Shown here one piece after another: positions 27,474-38,000 of a DNA stretch of 64,000 nucleotides. The notes under the pieces are model-generated. The model had not been told where the DNA came from. It did not search any database and saw nothing but the letters and a program-made list of their open reading frames with translations. Position 1 is the first letter of the stretch, and every line of letters starts with the position of its first letter. Source of the DNA: an uncultured virus (IMG/VR IMGVR_UViG_3300020191_000005) (taxonomy: Duplodnaviria > Heunggongvirae > Uroviricota > Caudoviricetes); the IMG/VR virus record IMGVR_UViG_3300020191_000005, positions 1 through 64,000 of that record. One strand, given 5' to 3'. The translations under genes were made by a program, and so were the position numbers.

Positions 27474-28949
27474 GTGGCTGTAGGTCGTATTACTGGTCCG
27501 CTTTTGAAGTCAAATCTTCTTCGTAATGGAGTAGACTTAGCTTTTGAAACGGATTTACTTTATTTGGATGTTAACAACAGTCGAGTCGGCATTAAGACTG
27601 CATCTCCTCAATACGATTTAGATATTAACGGAACAGCAAGATCAATAGATTTAATTTCATCAGGTACAGCATATGTAGGTGATGTTAGAATTAATGGCAA
27701 TACAATCAGTACTATTGCAAATACACTTAATCTTACTACAGTTGGATCTGACAAGGTAACAGCATTAAAAACATTTGATGTTGATGATTTACGCTTTGAC
27801 ACCAATGTAATCAGCACAACAGTTTCAAACGCAGATATAGATATCATTCCAGACGGAACTGGTAAAGTAAACGTTACAGGCGATGCATTAGTTACAGGTA
27901 ATTTAGATGTTACAGGCAATGTTTCAGCAACAGGTGATATTACCATTGGCGGTAATGTTACTATTGGTGATGACGAAAATGATACTATTAATATTGTTGC
28001 AGGTATTACAAGTGATTTATTACCATCACAGACAGCAACATACAATTTAGGAACCACAGCTGAAACATGGAACAGTATACACGCTACAAGTGCATACATA
28101 GATGATATACAAATTGATACTGGTGTTATTCAAAACACAGTTTCAAATGCTGATTTAGAATTAAGATATGCTGGTAACGGTAGTGTTATTATTGACGATT
28201 TTGTACTTAAAGGTAGCAGAATTAGTTCAATAAATGATATCACACTTGCACCATCAACAGGTGTTGTTGACATTGACGGCACAGGATCTATTAGAATACC
28301 AGCAGGTACAACTGCACAAAGACCAAGCGTACCGGCTGTAGGTATGATACGCTATAATACAACTACTTCAAAGTTTGAAGGTTACGATGGTAACTGGGTA
28401 GTGTTAACTGGTGTATATGACTTAGACGCAGATACATATATTACAGCTGAATTAACTCCAGGAGCAAATGACGATACTATACGTTTTTATGCTGGTGGAA
28501 CAGAAATTGCTAGTATTACACAAACAGAATTTAATGTTGCTAAACTACAAATTGATAGTATTAGCATTGACGGACAAACAATTAGTACAACAACACCTGA
28601 TACTGACCTTATTTTAGCACCAAACGGCACTGGTGGTGTACAAATAGACAATATTAATATCAGTGGAAGTACAATAAATAACACTAGTACAGATGCAGTA
28701 ACAACGTTTAGTAGCACAGGAACTGGCTACTTTGAAATTGCAGGCACAGACGGATTTGTTGTACCAGTTGGAACAGGATCACAAAGACACCCTAGTCCAG
28801 TAATTGGTATGATGAGATGGAATACAACTGATGGACGTTTAGAAATATACGATGGCACTCAGTGGGATTCAGTAGCAGGTAGTTCAGGATCAGTTTCGCA
28901 AACAGACGCACAAAATATTGCATTAGAATTAGTTTTGAGTATGGGATAA
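27474..28949 (+). CDS. Tail-fibre-like structural protein
   Basis: Same N-terminus (RI.GPLL.SNL.R...DL.FETDLL) and repeats as 25880 gene; GTG start with AGGAG SD. Confidence 0.65.
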   Translation: MAVGRITGPLLKSNLLRNGVDLAFETDLLYLDVNNSRVGIKTASPQYDLDINGTARSIDLISSGTAYVGDVRINGNTISTIANTLNLTTVGSDKVTALKTFDVDDLRFDTNVISTTVSNADIDIIPDGTGKVNVTGDALVTGNLDVTGNVSATGDITIGGNVTIGDDENDTINIVAGITSDLLPSQTATYNLGTTAETWNSIHATSAYIDDIQIDTGVIQNTVSNADLELRYAGNGSVIIDDFVLKGSRISSINDITLAPSTGVVDIDGTGSIRIPAGTTAQRPSVPAVGMIRYNTTTSKFEGYDGNWVVLTGVYDLDADTYITAELTPGANDDTIRFYAGGTEIASITQTEFNVAKLQIDSISIDGQTISTTTPDTDLILAPNGTGGVQIDNINISGSTINNTSTDAVTTFSSTGTGYFEIAGTDGFVVPVGTGSQRHPSPVIGMMRWNTTDGRLEIYDGTQWDSVAGSSGSVSQTDAQNIALELVLSMG

Positions 28950-28960
28950 AGATATAAGTT

Positions 28961-29290
28961 ATGGCAACGTTTTTTAAAAATAAAGTAGAAAAAAGTGTAG
29001 GAACACAACCTATCACAATACTAACAGTTCCACCGGCAAGTAAAGTTACTGCTATTGGACTGAGTATTGCAAACTTGCTAGACGGTAACACTAGAATTAG
29101 TATTCAAGTAAAAGATGATACTAGTGTATTAGGATATTATATTAAAGATGTAATGATTGCACCAAACGCATCATTACGTGCAATTAACGGCGGTGAAAAA
29201 TTAGTACTGCCAGGAAATAACGAAGTTGTAATAACAGCAGATCAAGATGATGCTGTTGATGTAATTTTAAGTTACGTGGAGATTGTATAA
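28961..29290 (+). CDS. Small structural protein
   Basis: Paralogue of 25013/41189 genes. Confidence 0.6.
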   Translation: MATFFKNKVEKSVGTQPITILTVPPASKVTAIGLSIANLLDGNTRISIQVKDDTSVLGYYIKDVMIAPNASLRAINGGEKLVLPGNNEVVITADQDDAVDVILSYVEIV

Positions 29291-29688
29291 TGGTACAGTA
29301 TGTAGGTCAAGCACCTTTAGAAGGACAAACAGGAGATAGATATTTTTACGCACTTCGTAGAGATGATGATGGTGCATTGTTTGTTGCTAAGGTTGACGTT
29401 GCTAGTCCATCAGATTCAATCCAAATGAACAGACCAGGTGGACCAGACGGTAACTTTGCTGACTTCCAAACTGGCGAAGATTTCTTTGAAGGAAGAAATC
29501 CTAATCATGTACTAGTTTTTGATAACTTAGTATATGAGCAAATGAGATGGGACGAAAAAAACATTTATTATTATGTTAATGAAGAAGGTGAATTAGTCCT
29601 AAGAATTAATACAAAATATACATACGATGAAAATGCATCAGCTGATCATTTACCGTTTGGAACTAACCCGACAGGATACTCAGGATAA
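29290..29688 (+). CDS. Hypothetical structural-module protein
   Basis: TAATG-coupled on both sides. Confidence 0.55.
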   Translation: MVQYVGQAPLEGQTGDRYFYALRRDDDGALFVAKVDVASPSDSIQMNRPGGPDGNFADFQTGEDFFEGRNPNHVLVFDNLVYEQMRWDEKNIYYYVNEEGELVLRINTKYTYDENASADHLPFGTNPTGYSG

Positions 29689-32600
29689 TGGCTGAATTTA
29701 ATCTAGCACGAATAAGATATACTTGGAAAAACGTTTGGCTTGCAGGCGCAACATATATCAAAGATGATATTATTAGACATGGCGGTAACGTTTATGTTTG
29801 TATGGTTGGTCACTTATCAGATCAAACTAGTTTTGAAACAGATTTAACTGCGGCAACACCTAAATGGTTGCTGATGGCAGACGGTCGCCAATGGAGAGGC
29901 AATTGGCAAATTGAAACTAGATATAGAATTAACGATTTAGTCAAATATAATGGTGTAATTTATCGTGTAACTGACGAACACGTTTCAGGAAGTAGTGCTA
30001 CAGATGGTATTACAGATGATGTTGATAAACTTTTAGCATATGCATCAACGCCTAATTGGTCCGCACAATGGTCAGCATTAACAAGATATAGAATTGGTGA
30101 CGTTGTACGTTACGGTGGAATTGTTTACAAAGCTATTCAAGAACATACTTCTAGTTCTACTATTGCTGGACTTGAACAAGACCAAGACAAATGGGAAACT
30201 GTATTTCAAGGTAATAATTATAGAATTGACTGGGCTCCTAATACAAGATACAAAGATGACGATGTTGTAAAATATGGTGCTATTGTTTATAGATGTAATG
30301 AAGGACATACCTCTGCAGAAACTGCACTTTTAGGATTAGAAGACGATCTTACTAAATGGGACGTTGTACTACACGGAATTGAGTACACAGGGTTTTGGCA
30401 AGACAACGGCGACTCTTCAGGAACAAGATATAAAGTTGGTGATTTAGTTAGATACGGACCATCAATGTGGAGATGTAAAGAATTTCATGCATCATTAGCA
30501 ACATTTGACGAAAGTAAATTTGATCTTTGGTTACCAGGATTAGGATTTGAAGCAGAGTGGAGTAATTCTACAAGTTACCAACCAGGTGACATTGTACGTT
30601 ATGGTGGATATACCTATACATCAATGACAAACAACTTAGGTAGTCCTCCAAGTGTAACTGGTGTTTTCTACGAAGGTGAAAGTTTACAAGGATTATATGA
30701 TTGGGAATTAGTAATTACCGGTTATGCAATGAAGGGCGAATGGTCAGCTTCAACAGCATACAAAACAGGTGAAGTAGTTAGAAACGGTGGCTTTGTTTAT
30801 ATTGCTGTACAAGACAGTCTTAACCAAAAACCAGATGCATTAGATCCTGAAAGCGAAGGATACTACGATCCAGGTGAGACTAGAAGTTTAAACGGTAGTG
30901 TTTCAATGTATTGGCAGTTAGTAATAACTGGAGTAGCATACAGAGGTGAATGGATTGAAACAGCTGATTATGTATTAGGTGATATTGTAGTTCAAGCAGG
31001 TACTACTTGGAAATGTATTCAAGCACACGAAGCTGACGATTCATCATTGGTTGAACCAGCACTAGATTCTACAAATAGTTACTGGGTTAAACATATTCAA
31101 GGTGCTCCTGGCAACGTAATGGAATACAGAGGTGATCTTAGAACACACAACGGAACTACTCACGAAAGACTTGCTATTGGTAATAGTGGAGATGCAATAA
31201 AAGTTATTGACGATTCCGCACAATGGGAAGCATTAGGACAAGTAGCTAAAGTATTCTATGTTGCAACTTCGGGCCATGATGTGTCTGGTGCTGGATTAGC
31301 ACCAACAAGTCCGTTTAGAACAATTAAATATGCCACACAATATATTTTAGCAGATCAAGCTAATAGAGCACCAGCAACAATTTTTGTTAGCACAGGGATT
31401 TACGAAGAAGTTCTTCCTATTAAAGTTCCAGCAGGCGTTGCTGTTGTTGGCGACGAATTAAGAAGTACTACAGTTAGACCAAAAGAAGGTTCTGAAAGTC
31501 AAGATATGTTCCAAGTTAGAAATGGTTGTGGAATTAGAAATATGACTCTTGAAGGACTAACAGGTACACTAGGAACTCCAGATACTTATGGAGCACAAGT
31601 TCCAGCAAGTGGAGCATTTGTTGCACTTGATCCAGGTTCAGGACCAGGCGACTCAAGTGTGTGGATTACATCTAAATCAACATATGTACAAAACGTAACA
31701 ACTATTGGTACTGCTTGTGTTGGATTAAAAATTGACGGTGCTTTGCACAACAGCGGAAACAAATCAATTGTTGCTAACGACTTTACACAAGTTATTAGTG
31801 ATGGTATTGGTGTATGGGCTAACAAAGACGGTAGAGCAGAGCTTGTATCTGTGTTTACATATTATTGTCATATTGGTTATTATTGTACAGCAGGTGGAAA
31901 GCTACGTGCTACTAATGGTAACAACTCATACGGAAAATATGGATCGTTTGCTGAAGGAGAATTAGTAAGTGAAACTCCAATTACAGCAACTATTAACAAC
32001 AGATATTATAATGCAAAAGCACCAACAGTTTACAGTAACGCTAACCAAATTTTTGCACTAGGATTTACACACGCAGGTGAAGAATATACTAATGCAAACT
32101 TTGCAATTACAGGTTCAGGTAGTGGTGTTGGAGTTGATAATACATCAACAGATGTAAGAAACGGTGCAATTAGTGAAGTTAGATTACTTGATCCAGGTGA
32201 TTCAAGTACACCAGGTGGTAGAGGACATATTACAGGTATAAGAAACTCTGCACAAGGCGGTGATAGTATTTCAATTACTATTGCACAGTCAGATAACAAC
32301 GGACCAGAATATTATGTTGGTAGAGCAATAACAGCGATTACAGGATTACCGGGTGCAAATCCAGGTTGGGTTGGTAACGTTCTTGATGCTCCGTACACAT
32401 ATACAGGAGTTACTGCAACATCAGATAACCCGTTTGCAAAAGATACTGTAGGTACGTTTACAATTACTATTGACGGTACAGGAACTCCAACTGTTACAAT
32501 TACAAACGGTGGCCACAGTCATAGAGTTGGCGACACTATTACTATACTTGATAGTGACATTGGTAATTTTGGCGGCGGAAACTTAACTTTTCAAGTAAAC

Positions 32601-35012
32601 GCAATTAGCGAATCAATGAAGATTATCATTGAAGAAGGTGAAGGCGTTGGACAGTTTGGAATAATTGACGAATACTTTACTACAACTAAAAAGATTAATG
32701 TACTACGCGAGTCAGATGGCAAACGTGGTTGGGACCATTTAGTTCCAGGTTGGCCAATTACAACAACACTAGACGGATCAACAACTTATAGAATTGAATC
32801 AAGAATGGAAGTTGAAGCTCCTCCATATGCAGAAGAAGGTTTTGCTACAGGATACGGAGCAACTGCTTGGCAGGATTGTTTCTCAGCAACAGGAACAACA
32901 ATGGTTGCATTTCCTTCAACAGGAGATGACAAAGCTATTTACAGTAACGAAGCAGGCGATCAATGGACAGCGGCGATCATTGATGCTGACTTTGTAAGAC
33001 CAAATTGTATTGTCAAATGTAAAGGTAAATTAAAATACTTTATTGCACTAGGCAATGGTAGCAAAGCTAACTTGTCAACTGCTGGTACAGCATGGGGTTC
33101 AACAGCATACTCTATTAATGCACACAACTATGTAAGTATAGTTGAAGGATCATATTCAACAACTTCGCACACAGTTATAGCAATAGCAGACGATAGTGAT
33201 GAAATTGCAATTACTACAACAGACGGAACTGCTTGGACTTATACTAATACAGGATTTGGAACAGGACAAAAATTCTTAGCTTACGGAAATGGCAAATGGA
33301 TGATTGTCAAAGAAGACGGAACCGCTATTGAAAGTATTAACGATGGCCAAAGTTGGACTACTGCAACTAGAGTTTGTCCAACAACATATAACGTAACAGG
33401 GTTTGCATTTGGTAATGGAAGATTTGTAGCGGCATGTCAACCAAACGGAACTGCTACATTTGTATTTGATCCTTCAACTACAATGATTAATTCCGTAGCA
33501 GGTACTACTAGTGCTTCGTTTGGATTAAACAGTACATTCTACATTAGCTTTACAGCCAAAGACACTGGAGCATTAAACTCAGAATGGTTAATTGTTTCAG
33601 ATCCAAACTTTATTGGAACACGAGTATTTGGTCTTGCATATAGTGATGGATTGTTTATGGCAATCAGTGTGCAAGGAGATATTTTATACGGTGATGGTGG
33701 TCATGTTTGGAATAGTAAACCTGCTATACCTTTATTAAATGCACAAAACTATAGACCAAAGATTAGTCCAATGACACTAACAAGTGGACCAAGATTTATG
33801 ATTAGTCCTGCAACGGCAACAGCAAACTTAGCGGCAATTAAATATGGTGCTAAAGCAAAAATGAGAGCGTTCCCTGTAACAACAGGACGCATTGAATCAT
33901 TTACAATGACTGATCCAGGTAGTGGTTATAATGTAGGGGTACCACCCTCATTGCATATTCATGATACACAAAAAACTACAGAAGTAACGTATCAAGTTAG
34001 AATTAAAAATAGAGTGTTAGGACAACCTAACTTTACAAACAGAGGTGCATTGTATACTAAATTTAACCAAGTAACAATTACCGGTGACGGCTATGCAGAT
34101 TTATTCCAAATTGGCGGAGAAATTATTGTTAGTGATTTAACACTAATTCCAAGTCCGGGTGATAACTTTAGAGTTGATGGTATTAATGATGTAATTTATA
34201 AAGTTGGTACTGCTACAATATTGTCAGGTGCGGCTCCTAATGCAGTTGCAAAACTTACAATTAGTCCTAATATGGGAGTGCAAGAATCACCAGAACATGC
34301 TACTCCGGCAAATATTAGACAGAACTATAGTCAGGTACGATTAACATTCCATGATTTCTTAGACATTGGTACAGGTAACTTTGCAGATACTGCATATCCA
34401 TTGTTATATACAGACGGGTATGGTAATATTAATCCACCAGAGCAATCATATGAAGCTCAAGAGTACAACGGTGGTAGAGTATTCTACGCTTCTACAGACC
34501 AAGATGGTAACTTTAGAGTTGGCGAATTATTTAAAGTTGAGCAAAGTACAGGTATTGTTACTATTAATGCTTCACAGTTTAACCTAGAAGGACTAGACGA
34601 ACTTAGACTTGGTGCGTTTATATTAGGTGGAACAAATGCTGTAATTAGAGAATTCTCAAAAGAACAAACATTTGTTGCTAATAGTAATAACATTGTACCA
34701 ACACAGAAGGCTATTGCGGCTTATTTACAGAGTAGAATTAGTGGTGGTGGTTCAAACGTAGCGGCAAACGCAGTTACAGCAGGTACTTGTAAATTTAGTG
34801 ATTTAAATCACATATCAAATACAGGTGGATTAGCTATTAATATTCCGGTACCTATGCACTTTACTAAGATACCAAGTGGTATGATGATGGCACAAGCATA
34901 CTTTAACGGCAATATGGATACAATGATGCTAACTGAAAGTCAAGACGACTTTGAAGGAAGTGATGGCTTCTATGATGGTGGCGAAAATGGCTACGGTCCG
35001 GGGGGAATATAA
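29688..35012 (+). CDS. Large fibre/spike protein with Trp/Tyr carbohydrate-binding-like repeats, beta-helix and propeller-like regions
   Basis: About 9 W...TRY..(G/N)D.V.YGG..Y repeats; VAVVGDELRST beta-helix entry; S..G..W-type repeats. Confidence 0.7.
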   Translation: MAEFNLARIRYTWKNVWLAGATYIKDDIIRHGGNVYVCMVGHLSDQTSFETDLTAATPKWLLMADGRQWRGNWQIETRYRINDLVKYNGVIYRVTDEHVSGSSATDGITDDVDKLLAYASTPNWSAQWSALTRYRIGDVVRYGGIVYKAIQEHTSSSTIAGLEQDQDKWETVFQGNNYRIDWAPNTRYKDDDVVKYGAIVYRCNEGHTSAETALLGLEDDLTKWDVVLHGIEYTGFWQDNGDSSGTRYKVGDLVRYGPSMWRCKEFHASLATFDESKFDLWLPGLGFEAEWSNSTSYQPGDIVRYGGYTYTSMTNNLGSPPSVTGVFYEGESLQGLYDWELVITGYAMKGEWSASTAYKTGEVVRNGGFVYIAVQDSLNQKPDALDPESEGYYDPGETRSLNGSVSMYWQLVITGVAYRGEWIETADYVLGDIVVQAGTTWKCIQAHEADDSSLVEPALDSTNSYWVKHIQGAPGNVMEYRGDLRTHNGTTHERLAIGNSGDAIKVIDDSAQWEALGQVAKVFYVATSGHDVSGAGLAPTSPFRTIKYATQYILADQANRAPATIFVSTGIYEEVLPIKVPAGVAVVGDELRSTTVRPKEGSESQDMFQVRNGCGIRNMTLEGLTGTLGTPDTYGAQVPASGAFVALDPGSGPGDSSVWITSKSTYVQNVTTIGTACVGLKIDGALHNSGNKSIVANDFTQVISDGIGVWANKDGRAELVSVFTYYCHIGYYCTAGGKLRATNGNNSYGKYGSFAEGELVSETPITATINNRYYNAKAPTVYSNANQIFALGFTHAGEEYTNANFAITGSGSGVGVDNTSTDVRNGAISEVRLLDPGDSSTPGGRGHITGIRNSAQGGDSISITIAQSDNNGPEYYVGRAITAITGLPGANPGWVGNVLDAPYTYTGVTATSDNPFAKDTVGTFTITIDGTGTPTVTITNGGHSHRVGDTITILDSDIGNFGGGNLTFQVNAISESMKIIIEEGEGVGQFGIIDEYFTTTKKINVLRESDGKRGWDHLVPGWPITTTLDGSTTYRIESRMEVEAPPYAEEGFATGYGATAWQDCFSATGTTMVAFPSTGDDKAIYSNEAGDQWTAAIIDADFVRPNCIVKCKGKLKYFIALGNGSKANLSTAGTAWGSTAYSINAHNYVSIVEGSYSTTSHTVIAIADDSDEIAITTTDGTAWTYTNTGFGTGQKFLAYGNGKWMIVKEDGTAIESINDGQSWTTATRVCPTTYNVTGFAFGNGRFVAACQPNGTATFVFDPSTTMINSVAGTTSASFGLNSTFYISFTAKDTGALNSEWLIVSDPNFIGTRVFGLAYSDGLFMAISVQGDILYGDGGHVWNSKPAIPLLNAQNYRPKISPMTLTSGPRFMISPATATANLAAIKYGAKAKMRAFPVTTGRIESFTMTDPGSGYNVGVPPSLHIHDTQKTTEVTYQVRIKNRVLGQPNFTNRGALYTKFNQVTITGDGYADLFQIGGEIIVSDLTLIPSPGDNFRVDGINDVIYKVGTATILSGAAPNAVAKLTISPNMGVQESPEHATPANIRQNYSQVRLTFHDFLDIGTGNFADTAYPLLYTDGYGNINPPEQSYEAQEYNGGRVFYASTDQDGNFRVGELFKVEQSTGIVTINASQFNLEGLDELRLGAFILGGTNAVIREFSKEQTFVANSNNIVPTQKAIAAYLQSRISGGGSNVAANAVTAGTCKFSDLNHISNTGGLAINIPVPMHFTKIPSGMMMAQAYFNGNMDTMMLTESQDDFEGSDGFYDGGENGYGPGGI

Positions 35013-35053
35013 ACAAATGATAAATACATATAACATGCATGTAGGAAGAAAAA

Positions 35054-38000
35054 ATGGCTGAATTTAAACTAGGTAGAATTAGATTTGTATGGAAAGGCAC
35101 TTGGACAACTGGTGCTTTATACTATAAAGACGATATTGTAAGACAAGGCGGAAGAACTTACTTCTGTAATGTTGGGCATACTGCCTCAGCTGATTTTACT
35201 ACTGACGAATCAACAAAGTGGAACTTATTTACTGACGGCGTTCAATGGCAAGGTGATTGGAATTCTGGATATAATTATAAACAGAATGATATTGTCAAGT
35301 ACGGCGGTTATATCTATATTTGTAATACAGCACATACTTCATCTGCAGACGGGTCTATAGAAATTGGTCTAGCTGGAATTTTAGAAACTGATCAAGCTAA
35401 ATGGGATTTATTCGCAGAAGGATTTAATTGGAAAAATGTATGGACTATTTCTACAGTTTATAAAGTTAACGATATTGTTAAGTACGGTGGCAACTTATAT
35501 CTTTGTAATACTGCACATACAGGGGCAAGCTCACAAAATTCAGACACTGACGGATTAGAAGCCGATATAGAGAAATGGGATATTTTCTCAAAAGGTATGG
35601 ACTGGAAAACAGATTGGTCTGTAGCAACTAGGTATAAAGTTTCTGATACTGTTAAGTATGGCGGCAAATTATATATTTGTAACGAAGGACACCAAAGTGC
35701 GGCAACAGCCTCTAATGGTTTAGAGTCAGACCAAACTAAATGGGATATTGTACACAATGGTATTGAATATAAATCAGTACACGCAATTAATACAAGATAT
35801 AAACTTAATGATGTTGTTAAGTATGGTGGCGGTCTTTGGATTAACACACACGAACATACATCAAGTGCAACAAGTTTAACTGATGACGTATCAGCCGCAG
35901 GACATATTGTAACAGTTGATACAATTAGTGCCGCTGATCCAGACAGAATAGCAGGAACATACAATGACATTACAGGTACCACTAGTGGTACTGGTACTGG
36001 ACACAGAGTTAACGCAACAGTTGACGGAACAGGTGCAGTAACACTTGTAGTAGTTAAAGGTGGCGCAGGACATGCTCCAGGCGATACAATCACAGTTGGT
36101 CCAGGATCAATTGGCGGCGCAGGAACAGGATTTACATTTAATGTTGCTACTATTGAAACAGTAACACAGTGGCAAACATTTGTACCAGGATTAGAATTTG
36201 AAGACAGTTGGTCAAATGCAACTGCATACCAAATTGGTGACTTTGTAACTTATGGTGGTTACTCATATATTGCAACAGCAAATAACACTAACGTTGTTCC
36301 ATTTGGCAATGCGGCAACGTGGGATTTATTTACAACAGGATTTAGTTTAAAAGGCGACTATAACAACGCAACTGCTTATAAAGTAGGTGATGTTGTACGT
36401 GTAGGTGGCTACACATATATTAGTATTCAAGATACAACAGGAAATAGACCACCAAATGTAACTTACTGGGATAGACTTAATGAAGGTATGTCTTGGAAAG
36501 ATGCATGGGCTGACGCAACATACTATGATTTAGGTGATACTGTTAGAGGTATTAATAATGTTAACTCTTATATTTGTGTACAAGCACACACATCAGATGA
36601 AGTATCAGTACAAAACAGACCAGATCAAGATGTAGCTGGAGCATATTGGAACTTATTATCCGGTGGAGTTGAATCAGGAAACTTAACAACACTTGGTGAT
36701 TTGGTTTACTATGGTGGAGCAGGTCCAACTAGATTACCAATTGGTAAAGCAGGACAAGTATTAAAAGTTAATGAAGCTGAAAATGCTCCAGAATGGGCAT
36801 ACTTTGGACAACTAGATCAAGTTTATTATGTTGGTACAAACGGAACAGACGGATTTGCACCAGCATACGGTGTAACAATTGATAAGCCTTTCTTTTCAAC
36901 AAGATGGGCGGCTGAACAAGTACGTAGAGGTCCGCGTAATCCTGAAGCAACATATCTAATTGAAAGAAATAAACAGTTTATTCAAGAACAAACAATGGAG
37001 TTTATTACACACAGTATTGCAAATAATACTGCTCCGTTTACAAGTGGATTTACATACGATGCAGTTAAGTGTCGTAGAGACATTGGAATTATTTTAGATG
37101 CATTACTATGGGATTTAAGACACGGCGGAAACGTAAGAATGCGTGAAGCGGCGTTATCTTATATTTCACCTGCAGGTGCAAACTATGTATCAGGACAAGA
37201 AGACGAAACCAATGCGGCAATTAATTATGCAATGAGTTTAATACCAAGCATTATTACTAACTTAGCGCCAGCAGTAAACTACGCAACATTAAACAGCGTA
37301 GCAACACCAGTTTTACAAATTACTGATTCTACTAAAACTGCTGAACCAAACATTGAAACAACAGCTAACGCACTAACAATATTAATTACAGATACAATTA
37401 CAGCAGGTAATACAAATAGTTTAGCTAAAAAGATTAAACCAAACGTGTCAATTTTTGTTAAAACAGGACAATACAACGAAGTACTTCCGATTATTGTTCC
37501 AGCAGATACAGCAGTTGTTGGCGATGAATTACGTAGTACTGAAATTAGTGCGGCAACAGCTGGACCAACTGATACTAACGATGCAAATTTAAGTAAAATT
37601 GCTATTTTAAGAATGAAGGCAATACTTAGTGATACAATTTTAAATAATTCTGTTACTAAAACACCAGCAGGTGGCCACTTAACAATGGATACATTTGGAG
37701 CCGCAGACGCAAGTAGAGCAACAGGAACCTACACAGGTGTAACTGGATCATCTAGTGGCACAGGAGTAGTAGGAACTTTTGATATTGCAGTTGACGGAAC
37801 AGGTGCAGTAACAAGCGTACTAGTAGTTACAGCAGGTTCTGGACATGCAGTTAATGACACAATTACTATTGCAGATAGTGCATTAGGTAGCGGCGGCGGA
37901 GCGGCATTTACAATGGATGTTGCAACAATCGCTACAGGAAACACACGTACACAAGATACAAATGTTCCAGCAGGTACTGCGGCGGCTGTAGAAACAGCAG